From Dehalococcoidia bacterium UBA6926 (GTDB taxonomy: Bacteria; Chloroflexota; Dehalococcoidia; UBA6926), in NCBI GenBank assembly GCA_002450835.1, contig DKAM01000030.1:63688-127687 (forward strand): a stretch of DNA of 64,000 nucleotides. The letters run 5' to 3'. Each line of letters begins with the position of its first letter. Within the stretch, counting starts at the first letter, position 1. The position numbers and the translations under genes were made by a program. Shown here in pieces: positions 10,158 to 20,045 of this stretch. The notes below the pieces were generated by a model. It saw only the letters and a program-made list of their open reading frames with translations, searched no databases and had not been told where the DNA came from.

Positions 10158-10667
10158 ATGTCGAAACTCATAATCGGATTAGTGGTCTTTTCTTTGTTAT
10201 TATTTGGATCCATTTCTTGCGGTGGTAATAAATTGAGTGATTCTGGAAACCCTGGAAAACGATTGGTAACCACTGGGGATACTGTATGGGTGCATTACGT
10301 TGGGACTTTGGAAAATGGAGAGGAATTTGATAATTCAAGGGAAAGATCTCCCTTTTCATTTACCTTAGGTGAAGGCCAAGTAATAAAAGGGTTTGAAACA
10401 GGCGTTTTAGGATTGGCAACCGGAGATAGCGTGAAGGTCACACTCGAACCTGAAGAAGCATATGGACCATACAATGAACAATTAGTTTTTCAATACCCAA
10501 TTGCGGGGGCCCCGGAAGGAGTACGAATTGGTGATGAGGTAGTACTAGATAATGGTAGCCGAGCAAGAATTAAGTCAATAACAGATGAAATTGTAGAAAT
10601 AGATGCAAATCATCCATTGGCGGGTAAGATTCTTATATTTGAAATTGAGCTTATGGGTATCGAATAA
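10158..10667 (+). CDS. FKBP-type peptidyl-prolyl isomerase, predicted lipoprotein
   Basis: GDTVWVHYVGTLENGEEFDNS...GEGQVIKGFE FKBP motif. N-terminal signal with ISCGG lipobox. GAGG RBS. Confidence 0.85.
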   Translation: MSKLIIGLVVFSLLLFGSISCGGNKLSDSGNPGKRLVTTGDTVWVHYVGTLENGEEFDNSRERSPFSFTLGEGQVIKGFETGVLGLATGDSVKVTLEPEEAYGPYNEQLVFQYPIAGAPEGVRIGDEVVLDNGSRARIKSITDEIVEIDANHPLAGKILIFEIELMGIE

Positions 10668-10891
10668 ATATCTAAGCCTAAAAAAGTTCTTTACTTAACG
10701 CGAACAATTCGAAGCACCAGCCTGTAAATACTATAATGCACTATATGATATTTTTGCACATATTCTCTAATAGCCCCGGTTATGGAGACGAAATCGCTAA
10801 CTTTGGTTTTATAATTATTATATTGATAACCTTATTTGTAATGTCCTATCTCGGAAAAAAACGGAAACCTTAGCATATACCAATTTCCTGA

Positions 10892-11605
10892 TCATTTTTT
10901 TTCAAGGTTCTCTTCAGCAGCAGATTTTCTCAAATAAACAGGCTGTAGCTTTGTTGGATCATCCATAAGACCTTGCGTAAAACGCCTATACCCCAAGCGC
11001 GCTAATTCTCCTGAGCGACGCTGTCTTTCTGGGATCGGTGGGATATGAATGATTGTGTTATTCATTTGCACTAATCGATCTTCTAGATCATCAGTTATTT
11101 CGCCACAGATAATCATGGGGCCTTTTTGTTCATCAATAAAAGAAAATAACTCATCAACCGTTATTATGTGATCTTCAATAATCTTTTTATAAGGCGCCAA
11201 TATACTAGAATCGTTCTCATCATTGCGGAAAACAGCGCAACTAAATTCGCCCCTACCTGCAGGCAATAACGATATAATTTGATCTCTCTGATTGATGAAT
11301 GGAAAAGCCGCTACATCAAGAGTACTTATGCCAACAACAGGAATATCCAAAGAAATACTAATCGCTTTGGCAGCAGCAAGGCCGATACGAATCCCAGTAA
11401 AACTCCCCGGCCCAATTGTTACTATCAAACCTTTGAGATCATTAATTCCAATTGCAGATTCAACAAGGGCAGATTCAATAGCTATATGTAGTTCAGAAGT
11501 ATGGTTTCTATTAGATAACCAATTTTTCTCGTGTATAACATGGCCTGCCTTATTCAGTAAAGCAACGCCTGCATGCTCGGTAGCTGTATCCAAAGCAAGA
11601 AACAT
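10892..11605 (-). CDS. tsaB: tRNA threonylcarbamoyladenosine biosynthesis protein TsaB (YeaZ)
   Basis: LALDTATEHAGVALL...TIGPGSFTGIRIGLAAAKA motif. Adjacent to tsaE. Confidence 0.85.
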   Translation of the reverse strand: MFLALDTATEHAGVALLNKAGHVIHEKNWLSNRNHTSELHIAIESALVESAIGINDLKGLIVTIGPGSFTGIRIGLAAAKAISISLDIPVVGISTLDVAAFPFINQRDQIISLLPAGRGEFSCAVFRNDENDSSILAPYKKIIEDHIITVDELFSFIDEQKGPMIICGEITDDLEDRLVQMNNTIIHIPPIPERQRRSGELARLGYRRFTQGLMDDPTKLQPVYLRKSAAEENLEKK

Positions 11606-11612
11606 ATTAATT

Positions 11613-12095
11613 CTATTCCTGTCTACTAAATTCCCAGTTCTTTCTAATCATGCCCAAGGTTATCTCAGATTCTGAGCCTTTCGACTCAATTATGATATCC
11701 CTAACATCGTCAGAAACGACCTCGATCGTTATCACAATATGATCATCTGGGAAAATATCTTGTGCTCGATCACCCCATTCCACAACAATCACTGCTCCCG
11801 TGAACATATAGTCATCTAAACCCAACAACCAGGCCTCCTCTGTTTGTGCTACGCGATACAAATCTGCGTGCACAAGCGGAACACGACCCTCATATTCATT
11901 GACTAAAACAAAGGTTGGGCTTTTCGTGTATTCGTTTACTCCAAGGCCATTCGCTATACCTTGAGTCATCGTAGTTTTACCGGCCCCCAATGACCCAACG
12001 AGCAAAAAAAGTTCATCACCCACAAGAGTTTCTCCCAACTTCCTCCCAAACAATAAAGTTTCGTCAGAATTCGACGTTCTAAGGGTCCACCGCAT
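11613..12095 (-). CDS. tsaE: tRNA threonylcarbamoyladenosine biosynthesis ATPase TsaE (YjeE)
   Basis: Walker A GSLGAGKTT and a conserved KSPTF...HADLYR segment. Confidence 0.85.
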   Translation of the reverse strand: MRWTLRTSNSDETLLFGRKLGETLVGDELFLLVGSLGAGKTTMTQGIANGLGVNEYTKSPTFVLVNEYEGRVPLVHADLYRVAQTEEAWLLGLDDYMFTGAVIVVEWGDRAQDIFPDDHIVITIEVVSDDVRDIIIESKGSESEITLGMIRKNWEFSRQE

Positions 12096-12166
12096 GAGAT
12101 AATGCTCCTATTGGAGAATGATTTATGATCAGCAACGATATGATACTACAAAGGCGACCACTTATT

Positions 12167-13414
12167 TTATTTAACAAACAAGAATTTTGGCTGTAAAAGT
12201 AAAACCAAAAGTACAGATATACTTAAAACAGTTCCCATTGATATCAAAGCGAAGGCAGGTCCAAAAAATTCTGCAGCGTACCCTGCAACTAAACTACCCA
12301 AAGGAACAAATCCCCGGTCTAATAAATATAAGCTTATTACGCGGCCATGGAACCGGGCTTCCGACAAGGTCAGAAGAAGTCCGTTTGTAACGGTCCTCTG
12401 TGTTGAATCAAAAAAACCAACTAATATCAGAACTCCCATGGCCAGAATCAGAAACGGAGCCAAGCCCAAAGCGACCAACGCAATACCACTTAGGCACATA
12501 GTGACAGATATCATTGCTCCCTTGCCTTGAAAGTCACCCATAAACGCTAAGATCAATGGGCCAATTAACGACCCAGCCCCCATCATACTAACCAATAAAC
12601 CAAAACCTTCCGGCCCTATGTCAAATCTCTCATCCGCAAGCGCGGGTAAAACAACCATAAATGGCTGTAAAAGCAAAAGCGACAAAAATCCCAAAACCAG
12701 AAGGATCACTATACTTCTATGATTTCTTACGTATGCGAGGCCCTCTAATGTGCTCTTAATAGCCGATTTTTCAGGTTTACCAAGTCTCTTATCTTTAGGA
12801 ACCTTTATATTTAGCCAAGCGATAATCACAATAATTTCAAACAAAACAATTACTGCAAATACCAAGGCAGAACCAGCAAAAGCAAACATCAATCCAGTAA
12901 ATATCGGAGATATCACGCGGGTTCCATTAAACAAAAATTGTTGAATCGCAACAGCTGAACCAATATCTGCTTCTTTTACTAGTGAGGGTATTAAAGCTTG
13001 CCTAGGAGGTTGGTTAAAAGCTATCATTACCCCCCTCAAAAAAAATAGTGAATACACGTGCCAAATCTCTAAAATGTCCATTAGTAATAACGCTAAAATC
13101 GAGAGGTAAACAAATAAGATACCAATCTGTGTAGTTACTAATATGATTTTCCGGTTTACCCGATCCGCTAAAACGCCAGCAGGTACAGCTAAAAATAAAA
13201 TCGGTATTGTCCGCCAAAAATTAACTAAGCCAACTGCTGCAACAGACCCCGTCATCTCCCAAATAAGCCAATTCCTTGCTACTATCTCCATCCACAAGGT
13301 AAAAGCATGAGATGTAACGCCTATCAATAGGTACTTAAACGAACCTTGACTCAATAGCTCGGACAAATTCCGAAAGGCACCAACCTTAAAAAAACGCGTT
13401 AGTTTAGTGAACAT
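12167..13414 (-). CDS. MFS transporter
   Basis: About 12 predicted TM helices with MFS motif patterns. Lies in tandem with a second MFS gene and a MarR regulator. Confidence 0.75.
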   Translation of the reverse strand: MFTKLTRFFKVGAFRNLSELLSQGSFKYLLIGVTSHAFTLWMEIVARNWLIWEMTGSVAAVGLVNFWRTIPILFLAVPAGVLADRVNRKIILVTTQIGILFVYLSILALLLMDILEIWHVYSLFFLRGVMIAFNQPPRQALIPSLVKEADIGSAVAIQQFLFNGTRVISPIFTGLMFAFAGSALVFAVIVLFEIIVIIAWLNIKVPKDKRLGKPEKSAIKSTLEGLAYVRNHRSIVILLVLGFLSLLLLQPFMVVLPALADERFDIGPEGFGLLVSMMGAGSLIGPLILAFMGDFQGKGAMISVTMCLSGIALVALGLAPFLILAMGVLILVGFFDSTQRTVTNGLLLTLSEARFHGRVISLYLLDRGFVPLGSLVAGYAAEFFGPAFALISMGTVLSISVLLVLLLQPKFLFVK

Positions 13415-13488
13415 TATTAAAGGTTAGCCTAAAACCGTTGATACCCATTGAATAAATTTGCCCTCTTGGAAATCCAAATTTTTTGTCA

Positions 13489-14919
13489 CTAATCCAAATT
13501 GTAAATCCGTTTTGAAAAAAACATGTAGTAGCCTGTTACTAAAATCAATAAAGCGGCGGTGGTTCCCACAGCAATTTGAACTCCAATAACATCAGCGATC
13601 AAAGCAACTATAAATATCCCTATGCTGGTCATTCCCCAATTAAGCATATAAATGCTCATAACCCGACCTCTATATTCGGGTGCACTATAAGCTTGAGCTA
13701 AACTATTACTCAAGGCCATCCTACCCGCTTGACCCAATCCCAGAGGAATAAAAATAAGTAAGGCAACAAAAAAGGAATCTGTAATACTAAAGATTACTAG
13801 ACTCACTGCCATAAGTAGTATGTTAATCAGCAACCATTTACCCCTATTTCGATCAGGCATTGACGCAATAAAATAGGAGCCAATCAATGCACCAATACCA
13901 GAGACACTCAGTAGTAACCCTTGCCTTGCGGCAGAGTTAGATAGGGTTTCAAAAAATCCTCCTACTAAAGGCACAGACCCTATAGCAGAAAGCTTGAACC
14001 CGATTAACCCATCCGATATATACGATGGTAAAAATATTCCCTCAGCTGAAAGTGTTTTACCCATTTCAACCATTAAAATAGTATCTGTAAACGCGGGCAA
14101 CAAAAACATATATGGCATCGAAAAAACAAACGACATCAATGTAAAGATTAAAAGAGAGTAAATTGCTTTATTCGAGTAAATGTAGCGTACCCCCTCCCCT
14201 ATATCAGACAATACACCAGTGCCTTTTATACTAACACCGCCGGAAACTGGCAATTTTATTAGGAAAAACGCCCCATACATATATAAAACTGACATGACAA
14301 AATACACACCTTGTATACTCCACAACGCTATTAGAAACCCTGCTAACGCGGGTCCTATAAGGCGGAATAAGTTCATTGCAGCACCATTTAAAGTTACAGC
14401 ATTAGTTATAAGTCTAGGGCCAACAAGTTCAGGAATAATTGCCTGCCTTGCCGGCATCATTAAACTCATCACAACACCTTGTAAGAAAGAAGCAGCCATT
14501 AGGTGTACCCATGTTACTGACCCGAAAACGATAGAAAAACCAACCATCATTGTCACTAAAGCAGATGCTATATGTCCCGCTATTAGAACTTTTTTCTTAG
14601 AAATATTATCAGCTAAAACTCCTCCGAATAGTGAAAGAAATAACATTGGGACAGCATTTGCTAGCGCTAAAACTCCAAGCAAAGTTATGTTGTGAGTCAA
14701 TTCATAGACAAACCAGGACCGAGCAACCATCTGCATATTCATCGCAGCCATTTGACCTAATATTACGATGTAATAGGTCCGAAAAGACGGAACAGCAAGC
14801 GAAGCAAATGTCGATACGCGAAACCCATCATCAGAAGAATTAGAAATCGAATCACCGTCAGGACTCCCAACAGGTTCACTCTCTTCTATTCCAGATTTCT
14901 CAGTATCTAATCGGCTCAA
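13489..14919 (-). CDS. MFS transporter (with hydrophilic N-terminal extension)
   Basis: Multi-TM MFS-like architecture. Sits immediately downstream of the MarR gene. Confidence 0.75.
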   Translation of the reverse strand: MSRLDTEKSGIEESEPVGSPDGDSISNSSDDGFRVSTFASLAVPSFRTYYIVILGQMAAMNMQMVARSWFVYELTHNITLLGVLALANAVPMLFLSLFGGVLADNISKKKVLIAGHIASALVTMMVGFSIVFGSVTWVHLMAASFLQGVVMSLMMPARQAIIPELVGPRLITNAVTLNGAAMNLFRLIGPALAGFLIALWSIQGVYFVMSVLYMYGAFFLIKLPVSGGVSIKGTGVLSDIGEGVRYIYSNKAIYSLLIFTLMSFVFSMPYMFLLPAFTDTILMVEMGKTLSAEGIFLPSYISDGLIGFKLSAIGSVPLVGGFFETLSNSAARQGLLLSVSGIGALIGSYFIASMPDRNRGKWLLINILLMAVSLVIFSITDSFFVALLIFIPLGLGQAGRMALSNSLAQAYSAPEYRGRVMSIYMLNWGMTSIGIFIVALIADVIGVQIAVGTTAALLILVTGYYMFFSKRIYNLD

Positions 14920-14927
14920 TATATCTC

Positions 14928-15395
14928 CTATTCTGCTCGTTTTATTGCGGAAATTAACGCTCTCAATCCTACTAAAGAATCTTTAATTTCATCCTCGTTT
15001 AATTCACTAAGCCTGCTATCCCACCAACTCTTACGAGAGTAAAGTAGGCTCTCAACCAGTTCTTGACCTTTTTGAGACAATTCACAAGATACAGATCTGC
15101 GATCATCGGTACCCGTTTTGCGGACAACAAGATTTTTCTCTACTAATCTATCAACAAGGCCAGTACTATTAGGCAACGATACCCCTAAAAGCGAGGCTAT
15201 AACACTCATACGAGAAACACCATTTCGGTGAAGTGCGAACATAACTCTCACCTGAGGCATGGTCAAGTCGACATCCATCCATTCTTCTGATATTCGAGAC
15301 CTTAAGTGATGAAACAGATTGTCCAGCAAGTGGTAAAGTTCACTGGGGGGGTTAGTTTTAACTATATCAGGCTTATCAGTACTATTATTTAACAT
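14928..15395 (-). CDS. MarR-family transcriptional regulator
   Basis: Winged HTH segment LTMPQVRVMFALHRNGVSRMSVIASLLGVSLPNSTGLVDRLVEKNLVVR. Confidence 0.8.
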   Translation of the reverse strand: MLNNSTDKPDIVKTNPPSELYHLLDNLFHHLRSRISEEWMDVDLTMPQVRVMFALHRNGVSRMSVIASLLGVSLPNSTGLVDRLVEKNLVVRKTGTDDRRSVSCELSQKGQELVESLLYSRKSWWDSRLSELNEDEIKDSLVGLRALISAIKRAE

Positions 15396-15546
15396 TAGAC
15401 TACTTATGATACAAAATAATTAACCTTATGTAAATATTTAACCTCATCTAAACTATTATATCTAGGCCCAATTCTCTAATCCCTGCGATCAATCGCTCCA
15501 AATCTGATACTATTAAACTCGGTATTTCAATTTTGAGGGAGATTTT

Positions 15547-16005
15547 ATGTCAGTGGAACAGACTTTAATACTTGTTAAGCCAGATGGCGTTCAAAGAGGT
15601 TTGACGGGTGAAATCATAAACCGGCTGGAAAAAAGAGGGCTACAAATAGTAGGCGCAAAGCTGATTCACCCGACAAGAGCGATTGCAGAGGAACATTACC
15701 AAGAACATGTTGGGAAACCCTTTTATGAGGGGTTAATTGAATTTATCACTTCAGGGCCGGTCCTTGCGATGGTCATTCAAGCGGAAAGAGCAATCGCCAT
15801 ATCAAGACAGACCATGGGGTCGACTGATCCAGCAGAGGCGGCTCCTGGAACAATCAGGGGAGACCTTGGTTTAACCGTTGGCCGGAACCTCGTCCATGGT
15901 TCAGACTCTGCAAAAAGGGGCGCTGAAGAGATAAGAATATGGTTTGATGAATCTGAGATAATTAACTTTGAGCAAACCATGCAGCCTTGGATCATTGAAT
16001 CCTAA
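15547..16005 (+). CDS. ndk: nucleoside diphosphate kinase
   Basis: ILVKPDGVQRGL...NLVHGSDS motifs with catalytic His. 152 aa. Confidence 0.9.
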   Translation: MSVEQTLILVKPDGVQRGLTGEIINRLEKRGLQIVGAKLIHPTRAIAEEHYQEHVGKPFYEGLIEFITSGPVLAMVIQAERAIAISRQTMGSTDPAEAAPGTIRGDLGLTVGRNLVHGSDSAKRGAEEIRIWFDESEIINFEQTMQPWIIES

Positions 16006-16372
16006 CCAAATTCTTAGCATCACGCCAGATGCGTTCTAAATCGTAATAGTTTCGACCTGTAGGAGAGAATATATGGACAATAACGTCACTGTAGTCCATC
16101 AAAATCCACCCAGACTGGGCATCGCCTTCCGAACGAAGCAACGCTCTTTTACCTTTAAAAATATTTTTATCTATAGCTTCTCTAATAGAATTTATTTGAC
16201 GGTCCGATGTGGCGGAAAGCAAAATAAAAGCGTCGGCATACGAGCATATCTCTCTTACATCCAGCAAAAGTATATCGTGCGCTTGAAGATCTTCAGCCAC
16301 ACCAATAATCTCCCTGGCTATTTCAAAAGATTTCACAGAAACATCATCTATTTTAGTTTTATCATTAACCAT
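15992..16372 (-). CDS. rsfS: ribosomal silencing factor RsfS (Iojap)
   Basis: ILLLDV...DAFILLSATSDRQ...WILMDYSDVIVHIF motifs. Convergent with ndk. Confidence 0.85.
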   Translation of the reverse strand: MVNDKTKIDDVSVKSFEIAREIIGVAEDLQAHDILLLDVREICSYADAFILLSATSDRQINSIREAIDKNIFKGKRALLRSEGDAQSGWILMDYSDVIVHIFSPTGRNYYDLERIWRDAKNLVRIQ

Positions 16373-16439
16373 GTTTTTTATTTTATTGCACTAAATAATC
16401 ACCTTCAACACAAATTAAAGTTCAATTAGGAGTTAAATA

Positions 16440-17291
16440 ATGTCATTAGCAATATTATTGGCAGGAATCGCCTTACTCATCGGAGGTTTGGCTGATTTAC
16501 TCTACAGAGTAGCACAGGATCGAGGTATTGATTCAGGGGTATTTGTATTTTGGCAATCGATCATTTTCTCTGCAATTTTGTGGGCCTATGCGATAGCTTC
16601 TGGTGATATTTCAAAATTAGATACTTTCACCTGGGTAGTCGGTTTACCAGCGGGAGCTCTAGGTTACGCGGGATTGACCCTATTTATAATTAGTGTGAAA
16701 ACTGGTGACGTTAGTGTAAATGCACCAATATTTAGATTGAATTTTGTGATAACTAGCGCAGGAGCGATGATTCTCTTAGGAGAGTCAGTTGTATGGGCAA
16801 AGCTGCTGGGAATTACGTTTGCTCTCCTAAGTGTAGTGTCTTTTGCTGGTATTAAATCGCTTAATTTTAGTAGTAAACAAGCGTCATCTCTCGCTCTTGT
16901 TTCAGTAGGATCCATAATTTTTGGTGTGGTAGGGATATTGATCAAATACGCCCTGAATAACGACGCTGAGCCTATACCATTATTAATGACTCAAACTATC
17001 GCTTTCCAAATAGCTGCAACTATCTACGTCGTGTATGCAAAAAAATGGAAACCCAACAGAGCAACGAGTTTGTACTCTCCTTGGATCGCAATATTACAGC
17101 TAATCTGGGCTTCTTTAACGTTAACAGCGTTATCATTCGGTGAGGCTAGTATCATTTACCCTATAGTCCAGTTAAGTTTCGTTGTAACAGCAATACTCGG
17201 AATCATCCTTTTACACGAAGATCTTACAAAGGGGAAAGCGGTAGGAATAGTTTTAGCTTTAGGGGCAGTAGGGGCACTTGCTATCGCCTAG
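16440..17291 (+). CDS. EamA/DMT-family transporter
   Basis: Ten predicted TM helices arranged as two EamA-like halves. Confidence 0.7.
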   Translation: MSLAILLAGIALLIGGLADLLYRVAQDRGIDSGVFVFWQSIIFSAILWAYAIASGDISKLDTFTWVVGLPAGALGYAGLTLFIISVKTGDVSVNAPIFRLNFVITSAGAMILLGESVVWAKLLGITFALLSVVSFAGIKSLNFSSKQASSLALVSVGSIIFGVVGILIKYALNNDAEPIPLLMTQTIAFQIAATIYVVYAKKWKPNRATSLYSPWIAILQLIWASLTLTALSFGEASIIYPIVQLSFVVTAILGIILLHEDLTKGKAVGIVLALGAVGALAIA

Positions 17292-17385
17292 CGGGGCATC
17301 TCGTAAAAAACGGCTGAATCGCTGTGATAATTGATAGCCAACCTTATTGGCATTTACCTATTTTTCAAGTATGCTGATGCCCATC

Positions 17386-18537
17386 ATGAAAACAAAAAGT
17401 CGCGTCGTAGTCGCTATGAGCGGAGGAGTTGATTCCTCCGTAGCAGCTTATTTATTAAAAAAGCAAGGTTATGAAGTAATCGGTGTGACTATGAGGCTTT
17501 GGAGTACAGAAGTTGAAATGGCTTCAAAACACAATCGCCAATGTTGCTCCATAGAAGATACCCAAGATGCAAAAAGAGTCTGCCAAATCCTAGGAATTCC
17601 TCATTATGTATTAAATTTTGAAAAGGAATTTCAGAAACATGTTATGGATTATTTCATCCAGGAATACAAACAGGGGAGAACCCCACACCCCTGCATCGCC
17701 TGTAACGATAAGATAAAATTTGCATTCTTTTTGGACAGAGCTATGACTTTAGATGCAGATTTTATAGCAACTGGTCATTACGCAAAACTCATTAAACAAG
17801 GAGAAGATTTTCATTTGGAAAGGGCCGTCGATAAGGCAAAAGATCAAACGTATGTTTTGTACGGATTATCCCAAAAAGATTTGAAACGGTCTCTATTCCC
17901 TATTGGAGATCTACCAAAAGAAGAAGTGCGCACTATAGCAAAAGAACTAAAACTACCAGTCGCGGACAAACCAGATTCCCAAGAAATTTGTTTTGTACCC
18001 AACGGTGATTATCGGGAGTTCCTTATAGATAAAATTGAGTTCACGCCTGGCCCTATAATAGACCTAGATGGCAATATCATTGGTAGCCATAATGGGACTG
18101 CAGCCTATACAATTGGCCAACGTAAAGGACTCCCATCAAGTAATACGGGTAAACGTCAATTTGTTGTAGATATAGATGCAGAATCTAACACAATAGTGGT
18201 AGGCGACCAAGAAAGTCTCTTTTCTGGAGGTCTCTCAGCATCAGATTCCAATTTCATTAACGAAAATATGGTTGAGGTACTCAAGAAAAATCCCGAAGTG
18301 ACAGCGAAACTGCGTTACCAAGCACCTATGATAAAAGCAAAGTTTATACCCAGTGAGAATGATTCCTCATTTTCCCTAGTTTTTGATTCACCACAAAGAG
18401 CGGTTACACCCGGCCAAGCAGTAGTACTTTACCAAAACGATATATTGATAGGTGGCGGGAAGATTGATCGCGCTACAGAAATTGATTCTGACGAACCATC
18501 CCGAAATAGGGTAGAATTAGCCGCGGGGGAAAAATAG
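17386..18537 (+). CDS. mnmA: tRNA 2-thiouridine(34) synthase MnmA
   Basis: PP-loop RVVVAMSGGVDSS and catalytic Cys segments. The reading frame is open from TTG 17347; ATG 17386 best matches MnmA N-termini. Confidence 0.85.
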   Translation: MKTKSRVVVAMSGGVDSSVAAYLLKKQGYEVIGVTMRLWSTEVEMASKHNRQCCSIEDTQDAKRVCQILGIPHYVLNFEKEFQKHVMDYFIQEYKQGRTPHPCIACNDKIKFAFFLDRAMTLDADFIATGHYAKLIKQGEDFHLERAVDKAKDQTYVLYGLSQKDLKRSLFPIGDLPKEEVRTIAKELKLPVADKPDSQEICFVPNGDYREFLIDKIEFTPGPIIDLDGNIIGSHNGTAAYTIGQRKGLPSSNTGKRQFVVDIDAESNTIVVGDQESLFSGGLSASDSNFINENMVEVLKKNPEVTAKLRYQAPMIKAKFIPSENDSSFSLVFDSPQRAVTPGQAVVLYQNDILIGGGKIDRATEIDSDEPSRNRVELAAGEK

Positions 18538-19161
18538 ATGTCCATTATTGCAATCACTTTGGCTACTAGAAATTGGCTAAAAAAGAAAAATTTAGATACG
18601 GGTGGGGCTTACTATGATGGTGATTCCCAAGGCTACATATCTACGGATTTCCTATATGGTGCGATCGAGGCGGCAGAGCAAACTATTTTGCAATCAATAG
18701 AAACATTCTCTGAGAAAGAGATGCTTTGGAGACCGTATCCTGAAACACCTTCTACTGGATTCTTGATATGGCATGTCGCCCGAGTTCAAGACGTTTTAGT
18801 ACACAAGTATATTCTTGAACAACCTGAAATATGGTCTAGTCAAGGATGGGCACAACAGTTCGGGCTCCCTTTGGACGAGACAGGCCAAGATTACACGGGT
18901 GAACAAATTTCACATTTCGAAGAACCACCTAAATCAGAATTGATTGAATATTTGAAAGCAACTTTCCGAGCAGCACTTCGTTCTGTCGAGCAGTTAGGTG
19001 CGGATCAAAACACTCTTTCAAACGAAAAAATGATGCAAAGCATGCGCTACCTGATAATTTTGAACACTCATGTTAACCTTCATGCAGGTTCAATCAACTA
19101 CATTAGAGAAGTTTTAACAGCATCAAGGGAGACTCCTGAAGTCCCATACGAAGCATCTTAA
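18538..19161 (+). CDS. DinB_2/DUF664-like four-helix-bundle protein
   Basis: LWRPYPETPSTGFLIWHVARVQD and a later HxxxH-like segment. Family assignment is tentative. Confidence 0.55.
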   Translation: MSIIAITLATRNWLKKKNLDTGGAYYDGDSQGYISTDFLYGAIEAAEQTILQSIETFSEKEMLWRPYPETPSTGFLIWHVARVQDVLVHKYILEQPEIWSSQGWAQQFGLPLDETGQDYTGEQISHFEEPPKSELIEYLKATFRAALRSVEQLGADQNTLSNEKMMQSMRYLIILNTHVNLHAGSINYIREVLTASRETPEVPYEAS

Positions 19162-19172
19162 ACTGAATAATA

Positions 19173-19802
19173 ATGCCTAATAATCCAACGGAAAAACCCA
19201 CTTTAGCATATGAGCTAAAATTAGCGAGGCTAGGAGCAACCAGTATTGCAGGAGTGGATGAGGCAGGAAGAGGATCCCTAGCAGGGCCAGTTGCTGCGGC
19301 AGCTGTCATACTACCTGATGACCCACTTCCGTGGTTTGAACAGGTCAATGATAGTAAGTTGCTTACAAGCAGAACAAGAGAAAAGTTATACAAAAAAATC
19401 ATTGAAGATGCCCGCGTCGGACTAGCTATGGTCCCGTCAACCACTATTGATCAAATAGGAATAGTACAAGCTACTGAACGAGCGATGTTAGATGCCATTT
19501 CTGTAATAGCGCTAAACCTAGATGGTCTTTTAGTTGATGCTATGGAACTTCCCAAAGCTGCTATCAAACACAAATTATCAATAATCCGGGGAGATCAACT
19601 ATCTATCTCAATAGCTAGCGCATCAATAGTAGCAAAGGTAGCAAGGGATTCTTTAATGAGGGATTTAGATGGGCAATTTCCTGGATATGGTTGGGTAAGA
19701 AATAAAGGGTACGGGACGGACGGACATCTAAAAGCTCTTTCTAAACTGGGCCCAAGTCCACTTCATCGACATAGTTTCCTTTCAAACCTTGATTGGTCTT
19801 AA
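19173..19802 (+). CDS. rnhB: ribonuclease HII
   Basis: IAGVDEAGRGSLAGPV catalytic motif, plus conserved SI.AKV..D and GYP..D segments. Confidence 0.9.
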   Translation: MPNNPTEKPTLAYELKLARLGATSIAGVDEAGRGSLAGPVAAAAVILPDDPLPWFEQVNDSKLLTSRTREKLYKKIIEDARVGLAMVPSTTIDQIGIVQATERAMLDAISVIALNLDGLLVDAMELPKAAIKHKLSIIRGDQLSISIASASIVAKVARDSLMRDLDGQFPGYGWVRNKGYGTDGHLKALSKLGPSPLHRHSFLSNLDWS

Positions 19803-19804
19803 AC

Positions 19805-19833
19805 TTGACACTGGTTGCCAGCGTGATTACTAT
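19805..19833 (+). promoter_or_regulatory. sigma70-like promoter (TTGACA, 17 nt spacer, TACTAT) upstream of the CNNM/CorC transporter gene, with a leader of about 210 nt
   Basis: Exact -35 hexamer. The 17-nt spacer and a near-consensus -10 are read directly from the sequence. Confidence 0.5.
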
Positions 19834-20045
19834 GTCCGGACATGGATAGGTGGTAAGGGAGATCAAGGACCCAATATATTTTGAATAACAAATTTACTTT
19901 TAATACCGGTATCGTAGTCAATAGACTTCAGACTAGTAATTTAATCAAAATTGCTGTACGACCCATTTTATGCTCAGGAATAGCATTATCAATTGATCGC
20001 ACTGAAACCATTTAAATACTTGATCTTTAATAAGGAAATCATAAA

